A stretch of DNA of 62,660 bases, the filler included, from Choristocarpus tenellus KU-1152 (lineage: Eukaryota; Protista; Phaeophyceae), in assembly GCA_964200185.2 (NCBI GenBank). It is 11 parts of 11 records of this genome, joined end to end, with 100 filler letters (N's around TTAATTAATTAA, not from the genome) between each part and the next. Parts side by side here need not be neighbours in the genome. Positions count along the whole stretch, not along the records: positions 1 to 5,911 come from CAXNAD020009441.1; positions 6,012 to 12,895 come from CAXNAD020007147.1; 9 more parts are not named here. One strand, 5' to 3'. Below are positions 1 to 10,900 of this stretch, in pieces. Under the pieces are notes generated by a model. That model worked only from the letters and a program-made list of their open reading frames with translations, ran no database searches and was not told the origin of the DNA. The position numbers and the translations under genes were made by a program. Within the stretch, counting starts at the first letter, position 1, and each line of letters begins with the position of its first letter.

Positions 1-316
1 TGTTGATCTCCTGTCTAAAGACACAGTCTTCTGATGGGGGTTGAATGCATTTCAGGCATGGGAATGGGGGGTGGTTTGTGAGGGGGCGTCCGTTTCGGTC
101 ACAACTCTTTTTTTGGCTGACTTTTCAAATCTGACATGTGCAACCAAGTCACACCAAAAAAATGAAAATCGAAAACAGGGTGAAAAACAAACGCCGCCCC
201 CCCCCCCCCCCCCGGATACTTTGACCCTCATGCTTGTGTGGATTGATGTTGATCTCCTGTCTAAAGACACAGTCTTCTGATGGGGGTTGAATGCATTTCA
301 GGCATGGGAATGGGGG
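1..316 (+). repeat. 70-bp direct repeat (1-70 and 247-316) bracketing a MITE fragment
   Basis: tgttgatctcctgtctaaagacacagtcttctgatgggggttgaatgcatttcaggcatgggaatggggg occurs twice, offset 246 bp. Confidence 0.9.
81..227. mobile_element. MITE family 1, partial copy ending in the terminal motif GGATACTTTGACCC
   Basis: Poly-C plus GATACTTTGACCC terminus, and internal sequence similar to 12996-13063 and, in reverse complement, to 59604-59680. Confidence 0.65.
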
Positions 317-1199
317 TGCCGCTGAATATTTTTATAAGTTCCTTACACTCGAAAAAAAGGGCCTGGATGGACCCTCCTCTAAGATAATATGGCTCACTTT
401 TGTGTTGTTGCATGCATGTAGTCCTATGGCTGCAACTACTTCTATAATGATCAAAACTACCAATAGCACTACTAACCTGTTGTCGTGATTTTCATTACCT
501 GTTACCACAGATAGAAGAATCAAATCATTGGAGAGGTAGGCAGGGTTGCATTTTAAGGATCCCGAGAAAGGGAAAGAAGATGGCATTTTGTACAATTGCA
601 GAGCCTTTGCTAAATTGTGGTATCGCTCTGTGGAAATGGGGGACATCAATTTTGTGTACGTTATTGCGCACATAAAGTAATAAAGTAGGGTGTATTGCAC
701 AGGGCGAGAAAGATGACTTAGAATGCCAAACGGTCCAAACGTGCCTGCCTCTAAATTGATTTGGCTCAGAAAAATAATATATCGAAAATTACAAGGACAA
801 ACACGTATACACCAACACTGTAACTGTAACAAATAAAAAAGGATATGGCAACCATACACAGAACAGCAATACACTCAAACAAGGAGCAAGGGTCAAGAGC
901 CTTAATATAGTAGTAAGAAAGTCAATAATAGGGGTGTACTAGAAAGGGAAAAATAAACCAAAGTACCAGTGCAAGTAATAACGTGATAACAATGCACTAT
1001 CTGTTTATCATGATGAGAAAATAATAATCAACGGAAGTGATTGTTTCGCACGTTCATCCTTGTTCAGATTTTTAGTAGGTCATACTAATTGGCATGTCTG
1101 CATGTTTTGGCCATGTCTCTTTTTTTCCCCTTCAAAACACACCCTATTTTCATGATGTGGGCACGCAATAGACTGATAGTATATTGTACTGTTCTGTTA

Positions 1200-2746
1200 T
1201 TCACCACAGTTAAGCAAAGGCCCTTGTTGTATTGTACCAAAAAACATGTTTTGACCATATCTGAGGATGGGTTCATGTAAGGCAACCATGTATAAGTCTC
1301 AAGAGTTGATTGGGGTGTTATGTGTGCATCATCGAGGGGGGGGGTTATCATTGAAATATATTACTTGTGTTCATAATAATATGAACAATGCATGGTGTGA
1401 ATCGTGTGATTGTGGGTCACAGCACTAGTGTAAGTGGTGGGGGTGGAATTATTACCAGACAGATTGTTGGCTTCGTACCGTTTGGCACAGTCACAAGCCT
1501 GGGCAAATATGGTGGCAGGTTCTTCCCGAATCTACTCAAGATGAAATGTAGGGAGCAGGCCATCTTCCATCAGGGTTATTTTCAGTTGCTCAACAAGTAC
1601 AGTTGTCGTGTGGACCAGACCTGATGATGATTTTGTTCGATGAACATAATCTAAAAGACGATTCATTGCTGTTGTACAACGTAAAGTATATTTGTCGACA
1701 GACTCAGTCTCTCCTTGTTTCAAGGATGTTCGTCTACAGGCTGATACACTTACAGCATAGGCGGGGGTAAATGCGTTGATCAAGGCTTTCTGGACATCAT
1801 CCCACGTCTTTGGAGGTGTAATAGGGACAGGGGTGTCAAGGGATGATTGCAATTGAGTCAAATCACTTGTTGAACGTCATTCTATCATACCAGTCAACGC
1901 CTGAAAATATAATGTTTTCGCAGATCCTTGAAGAATTTTCGGTAAGATTTATACACAACGAGCATCAACTGTTTCAGGGGATGCAGGACAGTACTGGCTA
2001 GAATGCAGAGATATTGCCACATGCCAATTAGAGAACAGAAGTGGCAAATCTTCTCCAGAACCTGTGATTGTCAGACCAGACAGGATTTCCGAAGCGGAAA
2101 ACCTAAAACGACTCTCTTCTAACAGTGGTTATGGGTACGAGACATTGCTACTCTGTTCATCGGGTCTTGCGTGATCGATACCAGTTCTCCAAACTTGAAG
2201 CTTCAACAGGTCCTGAAGCCATTCAGGAGGCACTCGTTCATGTGGTGCGCAATGAACGCTGGCACAGCATCTCCGAACTGAGCCTGTGAAATGGCCACCT
2301 CATAAATAGTGGAACTTGTAGGTGGGGCAGGTTCATCCTGAAAAAGGACCCGACGAGTGTCACAGTTGCCCGAGCTGACATGATGCTCTAAGGTCGACGA
2401 CACGGGTCTGGTATCAGCCTGAAGATCTGGGGGGGGGGGAAGGGGGGAAACCTCGTTGACGCTCAGCAATTGTTATGTTACTGGACGAAGTGGACAAGAG
2501 ACTAGACGAGTCAGAGTTGTGAATTGTTGAGGCATCTATGTTTTCTGTTGACTCATGTCCCTGAACTTCTTCTTCTGATATTCTCAATGTGTCCAGATGC
2601 TGCGTCAGGCGCTCTTGTTCATGATGTTTTCGCCTTAATCTTGCATTTGGCAGCTTTCGTCCGTGGTCAAACAAAAAATTACTCGTCACCCTATTTCTGA
2701 GTTCACTGGTGTCGCCGGTGTGAATCATGTGATTCTGTGGCGGCAT
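1200..2746 (-). mobile_element. Degenerate Ty3/gypsy gag remnant
   Basis: ORF 1532..1861 contains TWDDVQKALINAF...LKQGETESVDKYTLR, the Retrotrans_gag pattern (W...L...F; LxQxxxESVxxY). The frame continues past a stop into EEPATIFAQACDCAKRYE. Multiple stops and frameshifts; boundaries approximate. Confidence 0.7.
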
Positions 2747-3175
2747 GGTTCACTCAGGTAAGGGTGGTGAAGAGAATCACTGGGCAAGATGGAGCAGATG
2801 AACCAAGATGAACTGTAACTGAGAGTACGAGGTTAAGGTTGAGGGAAAATTGAGGAGTGATGAACATCTTCAGAGAGGGGGCTTCATCACCACAAGTCAA
2901 GACGTGAGAACAAAGTGAATCTTTCATGTGTGACAACTCTGAATGACGAGCAGTCCCAAGTCTGTAGGGTTGGTCTCGTGGAGAGATTCCATGGTTTCAT
3001 TCTGACGGAAGGTCCACCAGTGGAATCATGGATGCTTGACAAAGAACCTCTATCGGTACAGTGGTATAGCATTATAACGGTATATGTGATATGGCAATAA
3101 CGGTATAAGAACAGGCAAACATGCTTTCCACAATGAAGAGGGAAGGAAATAGTTTTTTAAGTGGTACAATATATA

Positions 3176-4484
3176 CTCTTCTCCCATAAGTCTGGTCAAT
3201 TTTGTTCATAACTTTTCGAGTATGTTTCAGATTTGAAAACGGTTTGTTACAATGGATTCCTAGGAGTTTTCTGCATCTACCTCAAACTTCCTCCTCGCTT
3301 TCCTCCCTATCACACCACCACTCCTCCGCCATGGCATATGCCTGCTGGTCGATTGCCATGTACATTTTTCAACCGCAAGTAGACCCCGACTTTCCAGCCC
3401 CCTTGTGTTCTAATTCGAAATTGTTTCCTCTGAGAGCTGCCAACACCTGATTGTACCTACTGAACAGGCTCTGCCACACTCGCTCAAGAGTCTCTGCAGG
3501 GTACTCATCGAAAAGCGTCCTAACACCTGCGGCCATGTTCTCCATGGTACCTAAGTGCTTCCTTCCAAACACTGCTTTTAGCGAATTAAAAAACCCCAAG
3601 TCATTGATGTTGAGGTCTGGAGACTGTGCCAGCTGCGTTTCAAGTTTGATGTTCCACCCATCGTTCTTCCCCACTCTGTTGAGCTTCCGTGGGATGTCGT
3701 TGGCTGTATGAGGTGCCGCTCCGTCCTGCTGCACTATCAGGTCGAGGGTTTCCGCCCAGGGCATCTTTTCCTTGACGGCAGGCAGCAATTTTTCGATGTA
3801 CCATGATACCATTCCGAGTCGATGGTCATGTCAACATTGTACTTGTCCCCCTGCTGGTGGTTGAAGGTTGTCCTCTGCACTTCTTTGATGATGCAAATGC
3901 ACCAGATGCTGATCTTCTTGTCAAAGTCATGCTTGGGGTTGGGGAGTGTGAAGACTGTGGGAGCACCAGACCTCTTCTTGGTGTCAAGGACCAGCTTGTG
4001 GCCGTCGATGAGCTGCTCCGCTGCCTTGTTCCACAGCCTGAAGGCGTAGCCTTTGGAGACCTTGGACTCCTTCTCAAGAGCCAAGCCAACACTTTTCGGC
4101 AGGTTCTTTTGTCCAGGAGACAGCACAAGCACATATTGCACTACCAATGCGTGGCAACCCTCCACAGACAACTCCCCTTTGTCCCCACGGTTGGATGGGC
4201 TGCAAGGTTCGGCCATCTGGCTTCTGTTTGTCCCTTCTCGTTGTCACAAAGCACCCTACCCTTGCTGTGCCGCTCCAGAATCCCGGCGGAGCTACCCCAA
4301 AAAGTGCCGATATTTAGCCGTAGTGTTCAGAACAGGTTGCAGCCCAAAATCAAATTTCAAATAGACAATGATAGAGAGCAGATCCGGCGCTTTCACATGG
4401 TCACCTATTTGCATGGCATCTCGTCGTGGATCTGGAGTTATGACTCGCTGACTGGACGTTGAACAGACTTATGGGATAGAGGAG
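3176..4484 (-). mobile_element. Complete non-autonomous Tc1/mariner element (plant-type, DD39D-like) with TIRs and TA duplication
   Basis: Left end TA|CTCTTCTCCCATAAGTCTGGTCAA; right end in reverse complement TA|CTCCTCTATCCCATAAGTCTGTTCAA. TA at 3174-3175 and 4485-4486. Encloses a transposase remnant. Confidence 0.88.
3369..4216 (-). pseudogene. Mariner-type DDD transposase, frameshifted and internally deleted
   Basis: VQQDGAAPH...QLAQSPDLNINDLGFFNSLK matches the plant mariner IQQDNAxxH...QPPNSPDxNVLDLGFF motif. The N-terminal frame has KKRSGAP (GRP-like) followed almost directly by FDKKISIW (FDGKIGIF-like). Frameshift near 3800. Confidence 0.88.
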
Positions 4485-4689
4485 TATAAATTTATAGTAC
4501 AACATTGCATTGTATTTACAGCTACAGCTTACAAATGACGAAACAATAAGAATAGTGTAGTAAGAATGCGAACAACAAAATAAGGGACAAACGAAATTGA
4601 TTTCCTCCCCCCCCACGTACACCACGCATTATCCATGTTTGACTGACCATGCTGGGTTGGAATAGAGTTGTTGCAAATAATAAAATAGT

Positions 4690-5450
4690 GTGTTAAAGAA
4701 GCTGATGTTCCATTTTTTCCCTGAATTGAGAAGCAGGATCCGCAATGTATCGGAAAAGTGCTTGGTCATGATATATGCAGCTGGTCTGGGGGATCGACTG
4801 GGATTGTGGGCTGAGGTAACCCAGACCAGCTGCATGCATCATGACCAAGCCCTTTTCCGCAATCAGTGCAATAGCCTGTTCCACCTTCCCATTGAGTGGA
4901 GGAGTTCCAGGCACAGCGTACTCATGCCCGATCTTGTGTCCATCAAGTACATCCTTAAAGTCAACATTCTTGAACTTCGTCCCCTTGTCAGTCCTCATAC
5001 ACCCAATGCTGATGTTCTCCACTTCAGTCACATCCCGGATTAAAGCCCGAATACCTTTGCAGTCTCATCCTTCAATCTCAAAAATCGTAACCAACCCATC
5101 CCCATCTTATTGCAGACCATGAGCATCTCATACAAAAAGCCGCCCGGGCTGCTTGCCCTAGACTTCGGCCCACTAAGATAATGAAAACCCTCCCTAAGCG
5201 TTTTTCCGATCTGCACGACATCACCTTTGGACCTGGTTTGCGGTGAGCCTTACCAATAGTGCACCCTTGCAGTACTGTTGCCACTCCCCAGTTAAATGAA
5301 TCCCACGAACCTTGGCATACCTACGTACTATCGCCCCATGGCAATGACCCAGTTGGTGATGCATTCGATGGATGATGTCCATACTCCTAGTGGGTCTCAC
5401 TCTCCCACTCGGCCCCCACAGGCAGTGATAAAAGCTCCAGTCCAACCCTG
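4690..5450 (-). mobile_element. Ty1/copia GAG-pre-integrase and integrase remnant
   Basis: HHQLGHCH...GCTIGKAHRKP (HHCC region) and MRTDKGTKF...IGHEYAVPGTPPLNGKVEQ (rve core, RTDxGxEF...TPQxNGxxE), split by frameshifts. Confidence 0.85.
4751..4859. repeat. Inverted repeat: 40-bp arms (4751-4790 and 4820-4859), 37/40 identical, 29-nt loop
   Basis: Left arm cggaaaagtgcttggtcatgatatatgcagctggtctggg versus reverse complement of right arm cggaaaagggcttggtcatgatgcatgcagctggtctggg. Confidence 0.92.
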
Positions 5451-5849
5451 GGCGACCTCATCAGATGGCACAACATCCTCCTCTGATGTTGCGTGCACTC
5501 CAGTTGATCACTTTTGATCAATATCCAATACAGCCATCTTTGAGGTAGGCCACTCCTCTTCAACAGTCCCCCCTGGGTCGATGGCATCTCCTGAAATCCC
5601 TTATACTCTCCTGTCGCTGTAACATCCTCCTCTGACACTGCAATCTCCTCGTATGTTCCACCTGTATCGGTATCTCCTCCAGCCCTTACCAGGGTGAGTG
5701 CGTGAGTTCCTGCCTCCCCCTTGGCTAGAACTAGTCCGGACATGACCCTCTCTGTCATGCGTGGTACTTCAGGTAATCGTCTTGAGTTCAGGTGAGGAAT
5801 TGTCAAGAAGCTTCTTCTTGATTTGGTTGGTGTGGTGTGGTGTGGTGTG

Positions 5850-5911
5850 GGTTCAAAGTATCTGGGGGGAGGGGGGGGTTTCTACACCAGGGTGTCCATT
5901 CGGGCCCTGAC
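5850..5911. mobile_element. MITE family 1, left end truncated by contig edge
   Basis: GGTTCAAAGTATCTG-polyG...accagggtgtccattcgggcc matches the left half of the complete copy at 30906. Confidence 0.75.
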
Positions 5912-6011
5912 NNNNNNNNNNNNNNNNNNNNNNNNNNNNNNNNNNNNNNNNNNNNTTAATTAATTAANNNNNNNNNNNNNNNNNNNNNNNNNNNNNNNNN
6001 NNNNNNNNNNN
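5912..6011. other. Artificial contig-joining spacer (44 N + TTAATTAATTAA + 44 N), first of ten
   Basis: Identical 100-bp structure recurs at 12896-12995, 18680-18779, 21586-21685, 26968-27067, 30193-30292, 33608-33707, 44264-44363, 53010-53109 and 57186-57285. TTAATTAATTAA puts stops in all six frames. A separate 10-N gap lies at 26118-26127. Confidence 0.98.
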
Positions 6012-6968
6012 CCCCCCCGCCTTCTGCTGCTCTTCTTTCTTCCTCCCAGATATGGCCTTACGGGCTCTCAGTGAATCGTCCATCTCCGACCAAATGCTGT
6101 GATGTGTGGGTCCCTTGAATCAGCAGGATGGGCAAAAAAATAGAAAATCATAATTGTAAAAATACAAACAAGGCGGGGGGGGGAGGAGGGGGTGGGGGGG
6201 TATTGCACCCACTTAATTCCACATGCAAAGGAGTTCTTAGGGCTAGGGATAACTGAATATGTACAAAAGAAAGGTAGGAGAGGTAGGGTTAGGGTATATA
6301 AAAGGTCTTAGTGTAGCTCTACAAGTAAATATAAGAAAAATAAAAATAAAAATAAAATAGAGCTAGAACTAGGGTTTACATTCAGTCTCTCATTTAACTG
6401 AACACTTCACAGTATGTTACAGGTTTACACTTATATTCAGTATCAAAAGGTTAGTGGCATAAGGTGCATCTCTTCGGGCTATCTCTTGCAGTACCAACAT
6501 GAAATAGCAGTGTTGGGGTTAAGGATAGGGGTTTCTAAGTTTAGCTCTATATCAACAGACAAGATCTCAACTTTCCTATTAGATGTATATTCACTAATGA
6601 GCACCATGAAAATACAAAAAAAATCTAAAAGCACACACACACACACAATACATGCACACATACAAAAAACACTGTGTAAGACACTAACACAACAGAACTC
6701 AGCACACAACACAAAACTCAAAAGAAAACACTTGCAGACACAAAAATATAACACACGCACAACACACACACAACACACACACAACACACAAGTAAATCAC
6801 GCACCAAGCACGATCGTGCACGGGGCACATGGCCAGCGGACGATGATAGGAGGTCAGGGTCAAGAGGGTTCTGCTCCTTCCTCTCCTTCCTCCTCAACTC
6901 TGCCTCCTTCCTCAGCTGTGCATCATTGGCCTTCCTCTCAGAGATGCCCTGAAGTTTCTTCGTGTAAC
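6012..6968 (-). CDS. Exons of an unknown spliced gene (about 6804-6968 and 6012-6114)
   Basis: Pyrimidine tract + cag acceptor before YTKKLQGISERKANDAQLRKEAELRRKERKEQNPLD...; donor gtgcgt. A second open segment reads PTHHSIWSEMDDSLRARKAISGRKKEEQQK. Joining phase not verified. Confidence 0.45.
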
Positions 6969-7149
6969 TGTCGCCAGGAAAGAAAATAATCAAAATTAAA
7001 ATTAAAATTAAAACATTAACGTATAACAAGAAAAAAAGGGACGTCAGTAACAGTGATAAGGAGATACACGCATCGCATAACTGAACTATAAACCATACAG
7101 AGGACCACACGGAGCCAGAAGTACACCGAACATCAAAAAAACAAAATAT

Positions 7150-7412
7150 TACTCTATCACCACCACCACTATCATCACCACCACAGCAGTGCTTCAAATA
7201 GCGCATGCGTATTTCTTATATGATTTCAAATAAATATAAACTAAACTAAACTAAACTAAACTAATAGGAACAATGACACACTACTCTATCACCACCACCA
7301 CCACCACCATCACCATCACCACCACAGCAGTGCTTCAAATTGTGCATGCACATTTATTCTATTATTTCAGATATAAAACTAAACTAAAATAAACTAATAG
7401 GAACAATCACAC
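7150..7412. repeat. Two diverged tandem copies of a ~130-bp unit
   Basis: tactctatcaccaccacc...cagcagtgcttcaaat...aaactaataggaacaat occurs twice. Confidence 0.85.
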
Positions 7413-7759
7413 AACCGTGGAGAGAGGCCTGCAAAACGACCTGGGTCCCTCTATTCACTCCACAATATCAAACATAAAAAAAAAACTTCCACACTCCACA
7501 CTCTCCGGAGCTTCTTCCCGCAACGAGCAAGCGTCAACTTGTTGACAATCAAGACATCAATTACCACAGAGCAGCAGTGGCATTGCATCAAACAGGACCA
7601 CCAATGACGTCTCCTAGTTTAATTCGGTAACGAGCCCACGATTGCCGACTACAAATGATCCACATATAATCCGGAAATTTCCCTACACTTTTTCCTCGGG
7701 AGAAAAAAAAATATGTCAAGAGTCGAGATACGGCGTGGCTGTCACCAAGGTTCAGAGAT

Positions 7760-7983
7760 GACAAAATAGGGTATACTTTAGTGACGACAAAATAGGGAAT
7801 ATCTTATTGCTGACAAAGTAGGGTGTACTTCAATGATGACGAAATAGGGTATATCTTATTGTCAACAAAATAGGGTATACTTTAGTGACAAAATAGGGTA
7901 CATTTAGAGATGACGAAATAGGGTATATCTTAGTGATAACAAAATAGGGTACACTTCAATGGCGCCAAAATAGGGTATACCTC
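7760..7983. repeat. Nine-copy ~26-bp degenerate tandem array with core ACAAAATAGGGTA
   Basis: Units such as gacaaaatagggtatactttagtgac, gacaaagtagggtgtacttcaatgat and gacgaaatagggtatatcttattgtc. Confidence 0.9.
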
Positions 7984-10900
7984 ATGTACGGCCAACAGTG
8001 TCTCGCTAAGCAACACCGTACCCTCTCCACCTCAAAACTGACAACCGTTGCTCGTTTCAGTGCCCGACGCGGTTACGGTCGAACCCTCAGTGTTCTGTTA
8101 GGGGTCTGTTTTCTGGGCGAGAAGGTTTGTCCGCCCGAATATACAAATACGATTGTATGTACAAAAAAGGTACAATGACGTATGCTGACACACGGTCACA
8201 ACGACCACCCCCCTTTGCCTCCGAAACCACAAGAAACAACAGGGTTGAGAGTTGGGGTTAAGGTTGGGGTTAAGGTAGGGGCTAGGGTTAGGGTTATAGG
8301 GAATATCGATGGTTTCGGATTTGCAAAAACCTACCCTTTTTGGGGGGGGGGGGACAGCGGTGCAGCTACGGTTACACTGTTTTTTGTTTGGTTTTGACCT
8401 CAGAGTACGTTCCGGTCTACGATTGTTGTTGGGTGCTTTTAGTTGACAGCATGGTTGCAGTTCGGATTTCAAGACCACAGTCAACAACAACGGCAAGACA
8501 AGTGGAGTGTGACCCCTTCCATGGTTGGTTGCGGACAGCAATTAAAACCCCGTTGGCGGTAAGAAGGGAATGGCGATCCCCCCCCCAAAAAAAATCCGCC
8601 ATTTACTATTCAGCTCTCTCCAAAAAACAAAAACAAAAAGGGTCTTGTAAAACTCCGCGTTTGATAACACTTCTTATCTCCATTTAATACATGTACAATA
8701 AGTGTAGCAATTGATAATTCATAGTATAGTAGTACCACGGCGACAACATGAAGATTGAAGATTGAAGATTTACCACATACATATACAGCACAGTTGCCAT
8801 ACTTGTACTTGTTATTATATTTTTAGTGGACAAGTGGACCGTACGATTACAGTAAGGGCACCGCGACACGATACAGTTGCACTACAGTCACGGTTACTTG
8901 AAGAACTGGACAATATGGTCTTTATACTGAATACTATCTGCACGGTAAGGTACGGCAGGGTTTATAGCACCCATAGTCACCACGGTACGGTTACGGAGTG
9001 ATGATGGTTGTACACGTTTTTTCCACGGTCTCCACGGTCGCCAGGAGTCGGCTATAGATTCTGACGGTGGGGTTGCGGTATATAGACCAACGGTCGATAT
9101 TTCCCCCCCCAACCGTAACCGTTAAATAATCGCGTCATTTAAAATGTTTGTAACAACAAGCAGTCTTGATTTATTTCCCCAGAAACGGTCAAGACGGTCT
9201 CTTATAGTTCTATAGAACAATCAATCAATCCTTTGTAACCCCACCCTGCAAGCAAACACCCAGCCTCGTATTGTATAGTTCATTAAAATTTACTATAGAA
9301 AAATCACAAATATGGGCATACAATGAGATCTTTCTACCGGGTATATGTGGGCCTATTCATGATCGGATTTTGATTGACATCGTAAACCAAGTACCCACAC
9401 ATGAACATAATGGTTGTCATGCTCGACTCGTCAAAATCTGGATTTTCAAACTTTTGTGAATGCAAACCCAAACCCTAAGATATCTAGGAAACGTTTGATA
9501 CAAGAACCACTACTTTCAGGTTCACGTACCATCTCGGTGATACCAAATGAAAAATCGGAACACGAAATCAGCCACATGTAGCAAAAGAAAAATCGCACTA
9601 CCCTTCTTTGTCCGTATTTGTGATTTTGGGACACATAAAATTTTCAACTGGAAGTGAAGACATCCATTATGGTAAAGCTTTTTAATCTGCCTCAAATATC
9701 TGTGGGTTAAATATTTATTAATTTATAAACTTGTATAGATTCAACCAATTATTACATGACTGTACTCAAAAGAATCATTTCTATAATTCATTCTGCAACT
9801 TTGTTTTTTCCAAACAAGGCAAACCCACTGATTTGGATGAGGAGACGAAGTTGACAGAGAAGCGAAAGCTTTTTATGATTCGGTTTTCCTTTATTGGAGA
9901 ACAGTCTATTGCGATGACCCGTATCCCGTTTCGGCGTGTGATAACTCTGTCAGCGAGTCTGTGGAACATTTTATCCATCTTCCGTTACACCCAAACTCTG
10001 ACCTCGCTTATCAACCAGTCAAGAGTACGCAATTAATACTTTTCATGATACGGACTCAACGCCCTGCACTCCGTGCTCGTCTGACTAGACGAAATATCGA
10101 AACCAACCAATTCAATCCACTAACGCTATGCAAGGTAGTGCTAGTGCTGTATAGGCGAGATTGCAGGGGAAAAGAGGCGGCTGCTGCTATTCACTCGGAA
10201 AGAGTAAGTTCGAGTGTGGCATGACTAGAAGCGCTATCGTAAATCGGAATCAATAGGGTAAGAAACCTTTTACTTGCTTCGAAGCAAAGCGGAATCTTAC
10301 GAATTACCCTGCACAACCTGACAAGTTTTGCTCTCTTCTATAACTGACCATACACTACATAGGGGTGTGCTCCTTATTATGTGGGCGAAGCGATTCCAAG
10401 CACCGTTTGCGTTTCATGTCGGCGCATTCCTGACACGTGAGTTTAAGGAACCCTCCAAAAAATTGCTGTCTCCGACTGGATCTTCTCGTGCATTCTCTCA
10501 TTACATATATTTAAGTGCGTCAACAGTTACAACTCGTAACATCAACACTCGACAAGGTCGCTTCTGGGGGCATCACTCACGTTTCTCCTCAATTATCAGT
10601 GTCGTGAAGAGTGAACGCATGTATATATTCTATACTTACTGAGACTTTCCAGATGTTGCGATGTTAGAGAAATATCCAATATAGAGAACATAACGAACAC
10701 AAGAATAGAGTAGTGTAATGCAATTGCTTACTAGAAAGTACTGTGGAAATAATCCACTTAAATCGAATGTAATCACCCTCAGCACAACTTAAACCTCATG
10801 TAACACTTAACGTCTAGCGTTACCCAAGAAAAATCCGTTTTCGGAACAATCAACGTTCTGCAACAGTAACTACCACTCAAAAGCCGTTTTGGTAGGGATA

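Noticed and set aside
2750-3113. 5' LTR and primer-binding site upstream of the gypsy gag
   Set aside because: I could not identify a convincing TG...CA boundary followed by a TGG primer-binding site.
3803-4462. 219-aa plus-strand ORF
   Set aside because: Antisense shadow of the mariner transposase.
3176-4484. Fanzor/TnpB nuclease carried by the mariner element
   Set aside because: The 1.3-kb element is filled by the transposase remnant, and I saw no RuvC or zinc-ribbon motifs here or elsewhere in the ORF track.
5956-5967. Recurrent palindrome TTAATTAATTAA (contains a PacI site) as a biological motif
   Set aside because: It is always centred in identical N runs, so it is an assembly linker.
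6414-6989. 191-aa plus-strand ORF
   Set aside because: Built from CA-rich low-complexity sequence and the antisense of a probable minus-strand exon.
7760-7983. CRISPR array
   Set aside because: The period is only ~26 bp, the linkers are related to each other, there are no cas genes and the context is eukaryotic.
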